A stretch of DNA of 24,000 nucleotides from an uncultured Pirellulales bacterium (GCA_964462945.1 CAYWZW010000001.1:123570-147569), one strand, 5' to 3'; counted from the stretch's first letter, positions 1 to 8,671 are shown. Translations and numbers: made by a program. The notes: a model not told the origin generated them from the letters alone.

Positions 1-55
1 CGCATACAATATTCTGCGGCGAAGCGACTTCTTCCCCAACAGGGATTCTCTAAAC

Positions 56-403
56 GTGGCCCACGCCGAAAACGGCCTGCTGGTGATGAGTGGCGTGGGG
101 CTGCTCATCGCGGCCGGCTATGCCGTGAGCCAGGGCAAGTCGTTTGGACTGACCCTGACTTTGTTCGTCCTGGCGCTCGTCTTTCTTGTTGCCTCTTTCT
201 GGGCCGAATGGATTCAACATTCGGTGGAATGCTCGATAATCAAGGACCGCCCTGTAGAAGCGATGAAGATTCTGGCAAACACGGGCATCCTTCGCACAGA
301 GGACATCCACGCGACGATGGAACTGCAAGATCTCAAGGACAGCGAAACGCTGGAAGAAGATACCGTTGGCAGGGAGCAGACTTCCGACCCGGATACAACA
401 TGA
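56..403 (+). CDS. hypothetical small membrane protein, possibly the 3' part of a gene starting upstream of the window
   Basis: ORF-track ORF of 115 aa with GTG at 56. The frame has no stop back to position 2. Two hydrophobic helices (GLLVMSGVGLLIAAGYAV; LTLTLFVLALVFLVASFW). Third codon positions are G/C-rich. No family recognised. Confidence 0.4.
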   Translation: MAHAENGLLVMSGVGLLIAAGYAVSQGKSFGLTLTLFVLALVFLVASFWAEWIQHSVECSIIKDRPVEAMKILANTGILRTEDIHATMELQDLKDSETLEEDTVGREQTSDPDTT

Positions 404-420
404 CTTGGCTTAGGCGACAA

Positions 421-454
421 GAAGGGCTGCGAGCCTCCGCGCCCGCGGCCCTTC
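421..454 (+). terminator. GC-rich stem-loop downstream of the 56-403 ORF, possible terminator
   Basis: 421-431 (GAAGGGCTGCG) pairs with 444-454 (CGCGGCCCTTC): an 11-bp stem with one G:U and a 12-nt loop, 18 nt after the stop. There is no clear U-tract, so the function is uncertain. Confidence 0.25.
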
Positions 455-644
455 CTTGCTATCATATCCTAATATTATACAAAATGCGGCCTGTGCATTC
501 CTATTGTGGTGACTGCGTATTTTCACATCAAACGGGGCCTTCCAGAGAAAATTGACTTATCGGACTATCTTAACAGCCTTTCTTTCTCCGGAAGGGGTGG
601 ACAATAAGGGCTCAACCGCCATCAAAGGAGCATAGTGAACGGTT

Positions 645-1097
645 TTATAGGGCTTTCTCAACAGCCAAGCATAGGTGGGCTTTGACAAGGCTGTAAATGC
701 TTCCGTTGCTTAATGAAGCCTGACGGAGAAAAAATGGCTGATTAGCAGCTTTGTGGTCTTCGAAGGACGTTGCACATCTGCCCCCGCACCGTCCGCTCAA
801 CACTAAGGAACCGTTTAGAGCCAAAAGCTGAAGATAGGGAAAAGGCCGGGGGACGTGAGCCAAGGCGAAAACAAAGACCGCCCGGCTGACAGAGGCCAGC
901 GGGTCAGCGAAAGACTCACTGACCATATCCCCCCTTGTGGCGCTCCAGAACCAGCCTATCTCGACAGCATTGATGAAACCCACAGAGCTAACAACTGCGG
1001 AGTCTTCCGAGGGGAAGGTGTGCAGTCCGGCAGAAGTACTCGCCGTGTGCAGCAAGCAAATAGCTTCAATCATGCAAATTGCCAGTAACTTCTTCAT
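645..1097 (-). CDS. hypothetical secreted protein with N-terminal signal peptide
   Basis: 150-aa ORF. The N-terminus MKKLLAICMIEAICLLHTASTSA looks like a signal peptide. GGAG lies 7 nt upstream of the ATG (minus strand reads GGAGAAGTAGA-ATG). No family recognised. Confidence 0.5.
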   Translation of the reverse strand: MKKLLAICMIEAICLLHTASTSAGLHTFPSEDSAVVSSVGFINAVEIGWFWSATRGDMVSESFADPLASVSRAVFVFALAHVPRPFPYLQLLALNGSLVLSGRCGGRCATSFEDHKAANQPFFLRQASLSNGSIYSLVKAHLCLAVEKAL

Positions 1098-1166
1098 TCT
1101 ACTTCTCCTTCAGGCAGCAGGACGGGACTGTTTTGGCAAATTCTGCTTTTTTTCACCTGGTTCCCT

Positions 1167-1194
1167 TTGAAGTTGAGAATTGTTCTGCTATATT
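1167..1194 (+). promoter_or_regulatory. sigma70-like promoter candidate for the STAS gene
   Basis: TTGAAG (1167-1172), 16-nt spacer, TATATT (1189-1194). It sits about 95 nt upstream of the preferred start at 1289. Confidence 0.35.
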
Positions 1195-1288
1195 TTAGTT
1201 AGAGGGTTGGATGTGCCGCACAGAAACCGATTCCGATAATAAACGTGAAGCAGCCCCATGCACGCCTGCTCAGGCGGAGGGAGCAGAA

Positions 1289-1648
1289 ATGGGAATTCAG
1301 AACTTCTCAAAAAATATCGTCCTAATCACTTTGCCGGAACAGCCACAATACGGGGACGAGCTTGAAGTGGTCAACAACATGCTCTGCGAGACGGTTGACC
1401 GCGATGTGGTGATCGACTTCGCCAAAGTCCAAATGCTCACCTCCGAGACTATCTGCGGTCTGATGATCCTGGACAGACTGCTCGGAGGGACCGGACATCA
1501 GCTTGTTCTGTGCAATCTTTCCTCAGCAATCAAACAAATCTTTGTGCGAACTGGTCTTGTGACGGTGTTCCAGTTTGCCGACGACGAGCTGGCCGCACTG
1601 GGATATCTGCGGAGCAGACATCTATCGTGGGCTGAAAGTCAACCGTGA
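1289..1648 (+). CDS. STAS-domain protein (anti-sigma-factor antagonist, SpoIIAA-like)
   Basis: Residues from MGIQNFSKNIVLITLPEQ... to ...LVLCNLSSAIKQIFVRTGLVTVFQF match the STAS/SpoIIAA fold pattern. GGAGG (1276-1280) lies 8 nt before the ATG at 1289. The ORF-track start at 1211 lies almost on the predicted transcription start. Confidence 0.75.
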   Translation: MGIQNFSKNIVLITLPEQPQYGDELEVVNNMLCETVDRDVVIDFAKVQMLTSETICGLMILDRLLGGTGHQLVLCNLSSAIKQIFVRTGLVTVFQFADDELAALGYLRSRHLSWAESQP

Positions 1649-1785
1649 TTTGCGAGCTGAGCCCGTTGTTTTCGGCTCTTTCACTTTTTCCTGATGCACG
1701 TTGTGCTTTCGAGCCGGATCCAGGAACACCTGCTGCGCTGCAAAGAATACCCTGGAAGGCCCTTCTTGGGCAGTCGCTTCGGAAC

Positions 1786-3564
1786 CTACGGCACGGCTTT
1801 AGCCGGTGTATTGGAGACCGACGTCTCGACAGACGGGGCGTTTTCTCCGGCACTGCCCTGAGCCTGTTTTTCTTCCGTTGCCGACCGCGACGCTTGTCTC
1901 GATTCGGAAGCCGGTTCTGACTGAGCGACTCGGGGCGGATTCAACAGGACACTCTCGCCGACTTCCAAACCACTGACGATCTGAACAAAGGTGTTATTGA
2001 ACGCTCCCGTTTGCACCTCGCGTTCTTCGGGACCTCGCTCGGTCGCAACATAGCAAATCTTCTTGCCGCCCCTATTTTCGACCACCTGAACCGGCACGAT
2101 CTTCACGTCGTACAACCGCTCCACGAGAATCTCGATTTTCGCTGACATTCCCGGTTTGAGGACATCATGAGATCCGTCGATCGTGACCTGTGTTGTGTAA
2201 ACCTTGACTCCGGGGTCGAACCAGCCGTGCTGGGGATCGGGCAACGGCGCAACCTTGAGCACCTTGCCGTAGAATGGTGTGTCCGGAAAGGCTTCCACGG
2301 TAATTGTCGCAGGCTGGCCCGGGAGAACCATATTCACCGACGACTCATGAACACGCAGCTCGGCGCCCATGACAGTGGAGTTGGGAATGGTGAAAATCTT
2401 CTGGCCCTTGTGGACCGCGTCCCCGACTTCGACAGGGTCATCTCGCCTTTGGTACCAATCGGCGCTGCTGCCATAGATCACGATGCCCGGGCTTGGCGCG
2501 CGTATTATACACGCGGCAATCTGGCGCTCCAGCTTATCGACGTGGCTCTTCTGCAAATTATAAGAGGCTTCCATGCTCGCAAGCTTTGCCTGGGCCTGGG
2601 CTAACTTGGATCGGGTGCGAGCCAGAGTTCGTTCCAATTCACGTTTGGCTTCGTGGTAATCGCTCAGAAGCTGCTTTGCCTGCTTTGGAAAATCGTAGCG
2701 CTTGTAAAGGTCCAGAGCATCTGACGCCTGCTCATGCTGGATCTTGTAGCTTTTTACGGCCAGCTCTTTTTGCCTGACCTCTATTTCGGGAGCATAATTC
2801 GCTTCGTAGAGCTTCCTGCTGGAATCCAGCTCGCTCTGGGCCTGTGTGAGTCTTTCCTCTGCAAGAATAATGCTGTCATTAAGTTGTTTCAGCTTCTGCT
2901 TGGCCCCGCCTCCCTCGCTGTTGGGATCATCGAGAAACTTTAGCATTGCGGCCATGTCGATGGTTACGTTGGGGTCTGTCATCATCTTGTCGATGAGCTT
3001 CTGCGAAGCCACCTCGCCCAGGTAGTTTCGCAGATCCATCAGGCTGAATTCAACCGCCAGCTCGGCAGTGGCAACGTCGGATTCGTTCTGTTTCTTTTGG
3101 ATCAGGTACGCCTCCTGAGCCTCCAAGTAGTTCGCTTGTGCAGCCGAGAAATCTATCTGCTCTCTGTTGTAGAAGTCCTGAAGGTCGGATGCGTTCAATT
3201 GACAAAGGATTCTTCCGTTCTTAACATCCTCCGGCGTGATCACCGTGCCTTCGGGGATGATACTGGCGATTTCGACGCCGCGTCCCTCCACCTCGCACAT
3301 AACATCCGTGGACTCCTGGGCCTTGATGCTGCCGCTCTCGGTCACGGTGATGACCAGGTCATCGGTACGCACGGTGAACGTGCTCATCACCTTGCCGGCA
3401 TCAGCCGACGCCGGCGCCCGCATCCATCCCAACAGAGCAAGTGCCGCCGCAACGATGAACAGCACGAAAAGGGCTATCCAAAATCGCTTCCCGGTGCCTA
3501 CCCCCATACGACCGCCCTGCTGCCCGCCTCGGTTGTCTATCTGGCCTTTGTTGTGTTGTGCCAT
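1786..3564 (-). CDS. efflux-transporter periplasmic adaptor subunit (HlyD/MacA family)
   Basis: 592 aa. N-terminal TM (FWIALFVLFIVAAALALLGW) and lipoyl-like halves (VITVTESGSIKA...; IRAPSPGIVIYG...GDAVHKGQKIFTI) flank a long coiled-coil hairpin. A beta-barrel/MP-proximal part follows (ATITVEAFPD..FYGKV; LKPGMSAKIEI), then a low-complexity S/E/A-rich tail. Confidence 0.85.
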   Translation of the reverse strand: MAQHNKGQIDNRGGQQGGRMGVGTGKRFWIALFVLFIVAAALALLGWMRAPASADAGKVMSTFTVRTDDLVITVTESGSIKAQESTDVMCEVEGRGVEIASIIPEGTVITPEDVKNGRILCQLNASDLQDFYNREQIDFSAAQANYLEAQEAYLIQKKQNESDVATAELAVEFSLMDLRNYLGEVASQKLIDKMMTDPNVTIDMAAMLKFLDDPNSEGGGAKQKLKQLNDSIILAEERLTQAQSELDSSRKLYEANYAPEIEVRQKELAVKSYKIQHEQASDALDLYKRYDFPKQAKQLLSDYHEAKRELERTLARTRSKLAQAQAKLASMEASYNLQKSHVDKLERQIAACIIRAPSPGIVIYGSSADWYQRRDDPVEVGDAVHKGQKIFTIPNSTVMGAELRVHESSVNMVLPGQPATITVEAFPDTPFYGKVLKVAPLPDPQHGWFDPGVKVYTTQVTIDGSHDVLKPGMSAKIEILVERLYDVKIVPVQVVENRGGKKICYVATERGPEEREVQTGAFNNTFVQIVSGLEVGESVLLNPPRVAQSEPASESRQASRSATEEKQAQGSAGENAPSVETSVSNTPAKAVP

Positions 3565-3852
3565 TTGCTGCTCGCGAATCCCTTACATGAACTATTTGCC
3601 AGGCTATTCACACCTTTATTCTTACCAAAGTACAACATCCAATGGGAATTTTCAACCCTTTTCTGCCTCTTGGACTGATTTTGCGGCTTGGTTTGAGTCC
3701 TGAGGCCATAGAGTATTCACAAGGCGTTGTAAAAAAATGCTCACCGAGAAAGGGGGATTGAGATCCGCCGCACTCTCGTAACCAATTGTATTTCCATGAA
3801 TTAGCCTTCTTCCACAACCGTCCTATAATAGAATTTTGCGAAAATCCAAAAA

Positions 3853-3922
3853 AAAGTGGCATTGAATGTTGACATGGTGGCGGAAAGTGGTAGAATTACC
3901 CACCTTGAATAGGTTAAGTGGG
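3853..3922 (+). promoter_or_regulatory. helically phased (A)AGTGG boxes, putative MraZ operator
   Basis: GTGG cores at 3856, 3877, 3887 and 3918, spaced 21, 10 and 31 nt apart. Three of the four read AAGTGG. They overlap the -35/-10 candidate. This resembles the published 10-bp-periodic MraZ repeats (AAAGTG[G/T] and TGGGN types). Confidence 0.45.
3869..3896 (+). promoter_or_regulatory. sigma70-like promoter candidate for the mraZ/dcw operon
   Basis: TTGACA (3869-3874), 16-nt spacer, TAGAAT (3891-3896). A weaker second candidate is TTAGCC (3801-3806), 17 nt, TATAAT (3824-3829). Confidence 0.45.
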
Positions 3923-3931
3923 ACAGATGCC

Positions 3932-4405
3932 ATGCTATTACTAACAGGCGAATATCAGCACGTTGTCGATGGCAAGAGCAGAGTCCTCATCTCGAACAAG
4001 TTAAGAAATCAAATTGACGTCGATGAGCACGGAAGCAATTTCTATCTCATCCTCGGGGCGAATGGCGTACTTTGTCTGTACCCTGAGAAATATTTCGAGC
4101 AGATCGCCCTTGCGGTCACCCCCGGAACCACGGCACCGGACGAGGCCGTGGCGTTCGAGCGAATGAGTTTTGCTCTGGCCAGCAAGGTGGAATTGGACGG
4201 ACAGGGCCGGCTGTTGCTGAACGAGAAACTGAGAAAGAGGGCCGGATTGAAAGACAACATCACGCTTGTCGGCGTCCGAGACCACATCGAACTGTGGAAC
4301 AGTGAAAGCTGGGAGCAGTACCTCTGCGACCACATGGCTCAGTATCAGAAACAAATGGAGCAGGCGCGTCAGGTGGTCCTGCAGAAACAGAACGAAGAAC
4401 TTTAA
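3932..4405 (+). CDS. mraZ: transcriptional regulator MraZ
   Basis: Two SpoVT/AbrB-type halves, each with the DxxGR signature (VVDGKSRVLISNKLR; ELDGQGRLLLNEKLRKRAGL), and ...HIELWNSESWEQY. It lies first in the dcw block. The ATG at 3932 gives a canonical N-terminus; the ORF-track start at 3866 would overlap the promoter and operator. Confidence 0.85.
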   Translation: MLLLTGEYQHVVDGKSRVLISNKLRNQIDVDEHGSNFYLILGANGVLCLYPEKYFEQIALAVTPGTTAPDEAVAFERMSFALASKVELDGQGRLLLNEKLRKRAGLKDNITLVGVRDHIELWNSESWEQYLCDHMAQYQKQMEQARQVVLQKQNEEL

Positions 4406-4429
4406 CCTTTGCAGTGGAGACAAGACACA

Positions 4430-4639
4430 ATGATTGGAACGGATTCGAACCATTGCCGGATTGTCGCTGAGAGTCTTGCCGGCAGAAGAGAGATTGACGA
4501 GCAGACACTTGACGCGCTGGCAGCTCTCGGTGAGAAGCTGGAACAGTTAAGGGGACTCGACGGCGTTTTTTCAGGCGTGGAATTCTCCCCTTATGTTGAG
4601 AAGCTTCGAAGTCACAAGAGCCCCATAGCCGTGGGCTGA
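4430..4639 (+). CDS. hypothetical small protein in the mraZ-rsmH spacer
   Basis: 69 aa from the ATG at 4430 (the ORF track gives 4409). GGAG lies 10 nt upstream. Predicted helical and acidic. No family recognised, so this could be non-coding. Confidence 0.25.
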   Translation: MIGTDSNHCRIVAESLAGRREIDEQTLDALAALGEKLEQLRGLDGVFSGVEFSPYVEKLRSHKSPIAVG

Positions 4640-4735
4640 CTCTTGACCTCCGGCGCGTGCTGGGTATTGCACGAGGTCCCGATGCACAGGGACCTGAAAC
4701 GATAGGCGGCGTACAATGTATGGCGCACCAGACAG

Positions 4736-5632
4736 GTGAATGGTTCGACAGTAGAGCATATTCCGGTTCTTGCCGGGACGTTGGCTGAGCGGATAGCCTT
4801 GCCGTCAGACGGCGTGATCGTCGATGCGACCGTAGGACAAGGAGGTCACAGCTTTCTGCTCGGCAAAGCTTTGGGCCCCGAGGCGGTTATCGTCGGTATG
4901 GATATTGATCAGAATGCCGTCCAAAGGGCCCAAGCTAAATTGAGGCCGCTGGCCTGCAAGGTCATCCTTCTTCACTCGAATTTCTCTCAAATCCGCGAGC
5001 AGCTCGACCACCAGGGCATACAGAAGGTCGATCTCATATTGGCGGATCTGGGTGTTTGCTCGGCGCAGTTGGCGGATGCCGGCTTCGGGCTCAGTTTTAA
5101 GGCAAATATGCCCCTGGACATGAGAATTGACAAAAGATTGCAGCGTACCGCTGCCGATATAGTGAATGATACAGACGAAAAATCTCTGGCTGATCTGATT
5201 TACAGGTTTGGTCAGGACCGAGCATCGCGACGGATCGCCCGTTTTATCGTTCAGGAACGCCGGGCCGAGCCAATCACGACAACGGGCCGGCTGGCCGAGA
5301 TCGTCTGTAAGGCGCTGAGAAAAAGTCGAAGAAGCAGGATACACCCAGCGACCCGGACCTTCCAGGCACTGAGAATCGCAGTCAATGACGAGCTGGAGAA
5401 TTTGAAGAAACTGCTGGCCTCGGCACCGGGGCTGCTGAACAAGAATGGGTACATCGCGATCATGAGCTTTCACAGCTTGGACGACGGATTGGTGAAGCGC
5501 GATTTCATACAGAACGCCAAGGCCGGCGTTTACAGGATCCTCACGAAGAAGCCGCTTGTGCCGACCCGAGGTGAAATCGAGGAAAACCGACGAGCAAGAA
5601 GTGCAAAACTGAGGATTGCACAGAAACAATAG
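4736..5632 (+). CDS. rsmH: 16S rRNA (cytosine1402-N4)-methyltransferase RsmH (MraW)
   Basis: HIPVL, VDATVGQGGHS (SAM motif), ADLGVCSAQL and FHSLDD signatures. Canonical position after mraZ. Confidence 0.9.
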   Translation: MNGSTVEHIPVLAGTLAERIALPSDGVIVDATVGQGGHSFLLGKALGPEAVIVGMDIDQNAVQRAQAKLRPLACKVILLHSNFSQIREQLDHQGIQKVDLILADLGVCSAQLADAGFGLSFKANMPLDMRIDKRLQRTAADIVNDTDEKSLADLIYRFGQDRASRRIARFIVQERRAEPITTTGRLAEIVCKALRKSRRSRIHPATRTFQALRIAVNDELENLKKLLASAPGLLNKNGYIAIMSFHSLDDGLVKRDFIQNAKAGVYRILTKKPLVPTRGEIEENRRARSAKLRIAQKQ

Positions 5633-5671
5633 TCGCATTGTGCAATAGTCGAAAGGAAATGGAGTCTCATT

Positions 5672-6613
5672 ATGACCTCGGACGCAAAGATTGGATTGTT
5701 GTTAGGTCTGATATTCATATTTGTGATTGCGTTCATAATCAACGGTCTGCCGCGTTTTCAAGGCGTCAAGAACAGCAGCGAGCTGACCACCACCATGGTC
5801 AGCGCCCAGAACGGCACGCTCGGTATCGGGGGCAACGAACGCAAAGTGCAGGAAGACTTCGACCGGCCCGCCCCGGCCAACGAACAGCCACGTGCAAATG
5901 CAGAGATGCCCATCGAGAACAAAGAGGACATCCGCTTCACAATGAAACTACCCCAGGAGACTTCGGTCATCACGGAAACTGCGATTGTGGAAACGGCCGG
6001 AGAAGCGGAGCCCACGTCCACGCAATCCGTCGAGCCGGCGGCTCCGGCGACGCCGCAGGAGAAAGTGCAGGTCAACAAATCCGAGCCGGTCAAGCCGGCT
6101 CCGCCAAAAGAATACACTGTGTCCGAAGGCGATACTCTGGCCGAGATAGCCAAGAAGTTCTATGGACCCGAGGAAGGCAACAAGCGAGCAGGCGTCATGC
6201 GGATATTTGAGGCCAATCGCCAACTGCTGAAATCGCCTGACCAGATCCCCGTCGGGCAGAAGCTGACGATCCCCTCGCCCGGGGCCTCGCCGCCGGATGC
6301 GAGCAAGAATGAGAGCGTATTCTCGGGTTCAATATTTGAGAAGGCAATATCCATCGGCAGGAAGCACCTGTCGCCTGACAGCGGTTCGGCCCTCCGTAAG
6401 GAATCCCCAGGACTGATCTCGCCGCCGAAGGGCAGCAAAGGCAAGCCGGCCGCAGAGTACCTCGTCCAGGAAGGTGATAGCCTCTCGCGGATTGCCGCTC
6501 AGCAGCTCGGGGACGCCAACCGGTACCCGGAGATAGCCAAACTCAACGCCGACACTCTGACGGACGAGGATAGTCTGACGGTCGGGATGCGATTGAAAAT
6601 GCCCGCTCGATAA
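5672..6613 (+). CDS. membrane-anchored protein with two LysM peptidoglycan-binding domains
   Basis: N-terminal TM (IGLLLGLIFIFVIAFIING), a P/E/A-rich linker, then two LysM motifs (YTVSEGDTLAEIAKKFYG...VGQKLTIP; YLVQEGDSLSRIAAQQLG...VGMRLKMP). GGAG lies 8 nt before the ATG. Confidence 0.8.
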   Translation: MTSDAKIGLLLGLIFIFVIAFIINGLPRFQGVKNSSELTTTMVSAQNGTLGIGGNERKVQEDFDRPAPANEQPRANAEMPIENKEDIRFTMKLPQETSVITETAIVETAGEAEPTSTQSVEPAAPATPQEKVQVNKSEPVKPAPPKEYTVSEGDTLAEIAKKFYGPEEGNKRAGVMRIFEANRQLLKSPDQIPVGQKLTIPSPGASPPDASKNESVFSGSIFEKAISIGRKHLSPDSGSALRKESPGLISPPKGSKGKPAAEYLVQEGDSLSRIAAQQLGDANRYPEIAKLNADTLTDEDSLTVGMRLKMPAR

Positions 6614-6616
6614 GAA

Positions 6617-6700
6617 CGATTGCCGATCGCCGATTGTGGATTTGCGATTTGAGTCAAGCCAATCGGCATTCGCAAATCAGCAACTGACAATCGCAAATCG
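6617..6700. repeat. dyad-symmetric heptamer array (12 units, 84 nt) filling the lysM-ftsL gap
   Basis: CGATTGC CGATCGC CGATTGT GGATTTG CGATTTG AGTCAAG CCAATCG GCATTCG CAAATCA GCAACTG ACAATCG CAAATCG. The left arm is CGATTnn and the right arm is nnAATCG. It lies between the stop at 6611-6613 and the ATG at 6704. Confidence 0.85.
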
Positions 6701-6703
6701 AAA

Positions 6704-6937
6704 ATGCAAATGTCCCAATTCCGTTTTGTTTTTGTTGTTTTTTGTTTTACGGCGGTCCTGATCCTGGCCGTTTATCTGCGGAGTGCCAACAACCGGGTTT
6801 TCTACGAGCTTTGCTCGTACAACGTCGAACAAGGGCGATTGAAACAGCAGTTGGGCGCCAAGCAGCTGTTGCTCGAAAGTCTAATAAATCCCGCCTCCGT
6901 GTCACAGCATCTGGACAAGTTGAAAACCGGCGACTGA
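6704..6937 (+). CDS. ftsL: FtsL-like cell-division protein (single TM plus short coiled coil)
   Basis: 77 aa. TM (FVFVVFCFTAVLILAVYL) followed by a helical Q/L-rich segment. It occupies the canonical ftsL slot directly before ftsI. The call rests on topology and synteny only. Confidence 0.5.
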   Translation: MQMSQFRFVFVVFCFTAVLILAVYLRSANNRVFYELCSYNVEQGRLKQQLGAKQLLLESLINPASVSQHLDKLKTGD

Positions 6938-6940
6938 AAG

Positions 6941-8626
6941 TTGAAAAGCGTTCGAATTACCATCATTGTCTCGCTGCTTTTGATCGGATCATTTCTGGCC
7001 CTGATCGGTCGGTGTTTCTACCTTCAGTACTATCGGGGCGACCATTATATCGATGCTTGCCGTAGACAGCAGGTGTACACGAGTCGGCAACCTCAGCGCG
7101 GTGCGATCCTTGACAGCCGGGGCAGGGTTCTCGCCGCAAGCAATAAGATCCAAGTCATTAAGGCCGAACCTCGAATCATAGATGATCCCAAGGAAGTCTC
7201 AAGCAGGCTCGCTCCCATCATTGATATGGGCGCACACGAAATCTGCAAGCTCATTGTGGACAGAAAGGATAAGCGCTACGTCAGAATCAAGACCGGTGCT
7301 GACCCGTGTGAGTGCAGTCTGGCCGAACGAATTCATCGCGGAATCGCGGTAGAGTCTGATTGGCAAAGGCATTATCCAATGGGATCTCTGGTGGCCAACA
7401 TTGTCGGCTTCACGGATCCCTACAACCGCGGCCTCGAAGGCATTGAGCTGAAATACGACAAAGCCCTTAGCGGTTCGGCCGCCCAAAACGTATTCTTTGC
7501 AGACGTCCGCCGCCGGCCCATTGCCCTCAAACAGCAGGAGGGCGTTCTGACGAACGGCGTTGGAATCATCCTGACCATCGACTCGACCGTCCAGCAGTTC
7601 GTCCGGGAGGAGCTTGTAAAACAGTATGAAAGCTATGAGGCCGAGTCGGCGGTGGCCGTTGTAGCTGAGCCGAAAACGGGGGCCATTCTGGCGATGGTCT
7701 CGCTGCCCGACTTTGACCCTGCGCTGCGGAACTGCGATCCGAACAACTTCCGCAGCCGGGCGATCACGGATTGGTACGAGCCGGGCAGTATCATAAAGCC
7801 GGTCATAGTCGCGATTGCACTGGATGCCGGCGTCGTCAATAGAACCGAGAGAATATTCTGCGAAAACGGAAGCTACTCCGGCAAAGGATTCGGGCGGATC
7901 GGCGAATACCGCGAAGGCTTCGGCGATTTGAGCGTGAGCGAGATTCTCATCAAATCCAGCAATATCGGAATGGCCAAGATCGGACAGAGGCTCGGCAAAG
8001 ATAAGCTTCACAACGGCCTGTCGCTCTTCGGCTTCGGCAAAAAGACGGGCATCGAGCTGCCCGGCGAGGTCGAGGGCCTTCTGAGGCCGGCCGCCCAGTG
8101 GGACGGCTTCAGCGTCACCCGCATCCCGTTCGGCCAGGAAATCTGCGTCACCAGCATGCAATTGGTCCGGGCCTTCTGCATACTCGCCAACGGCGGGCGA
8201 CTCGTGCGCCCTTTTATGGTCAGGGCCATCGTTGACAATGACGGGAAGATTACGGAGCTTAACGAGCCGCCGCCTCCCGTCGGCTACATCATCAGGCCCG
8301 AGGTCGCTAAGTGGATTGTGACCGAGGCCATGGTCGGCGTTGTGACGGACGGAACCGGCAAGAGAGCCAAGCTCGACAAGTGGCAGGTGTTCGGCAAAAC
8401 CGGAACGGCGAACATCGCACGAAGCGACGCAAGAGGGTATTCGGAGAACGATTTCGTCGCGTCCTTTGTCGCCGGCGCCCCGGCCGATGACCCGGCCATC
8501 GTGGTGCTGGTCTCGATCCGCAAGCCGAATCGGGCGCTCGGTAAAGGCTATACAGGCGGCACCGTGGCCGCACCCGTCGCGGCTGAGATAATCGAAAAAA
8601 CGCTCAATTACTTCGGCGTTGAGTAA
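6941..8626 (+). CDS. ftsI: peptidoglycan D,D-transpeptidase FtsI (class B PBP, PBP3-type)
   Basis: N-terminal TM, a PBP dimerisation region, and the transpeptidase motifs SxxK (GSIIKP), SxN (KSSN) and KTG (GKTGTA). TTG start directly after the ftsL stop. Confidence 0.85.
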   Translation: MKSVRITIIVSLLLIGSFLALIGRCFYLQYYRGDHYIDACRRQQVYTSRQPQRGAILDSRGRVLAASNKIQVIKAEPRIIDDPKEVSSRLAPIIDMGAHEICKLIVDRKDKRYVRIKTGADPCECSLAERIHRGIAVESDWQRHYPMGSLVANIVGFTDPYNRGLEGIELKYDKALSGSAAQNVFFADVRRRPIALKQQEGVLTNGVGIILTIDSTVQQFVREELVKQYESYEAESAVAVVAEPKTGAILAMVSLPDFDPALRNCDPNNFRSRAITDWYEPGSIIKPVIVAIALDAGVVNRTERIFCENGSYSGKGFGRIGEYREGFGDLSVSEILIKSSNIGMAKIGQRLGKDKLHNGLSLFGFGKKTGIELPGEVEGLLRPAAQWDGFSVTRIPFGQEICVTSMQLVRAFCILANGGRLVRPFMVRAIVDNDGKITELNEPPPPVGYIIRPEVAKWIVTEAMVGVVTDGTGKRAKLDKWQVFGKTGTANIARSDARGYSENDFVASFVAGAPADDPAIVVLVSIRKPNRALGKGYTGGTVAAPVAAEIIEKTLNYFGVE

Positions 8627-8671
8627 GGCCGGGACTCGAACCTCCGAACCCCGGCCCGGAGTCCGTTGAAA

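Noticed and set aside
538-595. 13-bp imperfect stem (538-550 with 583-595) downstream of the minus-strand gene ending at 645, considered as a terminator
   Set aside because: It has a 32-nt loop, one mismatch and only a weak T-run after it on the minus strand. That is too weak to call.
4674-4695. 7-bp stem (AGGTCCC / GGGACCT) with an 8-nt loop in the mraZ-rsmH spacer
   Set aside because: The stem is short with no U-tract, and it is internal to an operon. No function can be supported.
4805-5638. 277-aa minus-strand ORF opposite rsmH
   Set aside because: It is antisense to a gene with clear RsmH signatures. It has no recognisable domains and no SD.
5638-6210. 190-aa plus-strand ORF overlapping the LysM gene in another frame
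   Set aside because: It is an alternative frame of the LysM-protein gene. Its composition is highly R/G/H-rich, whereas the 5672-6613 frame has a TM helix, two LysM domains and a good SD.
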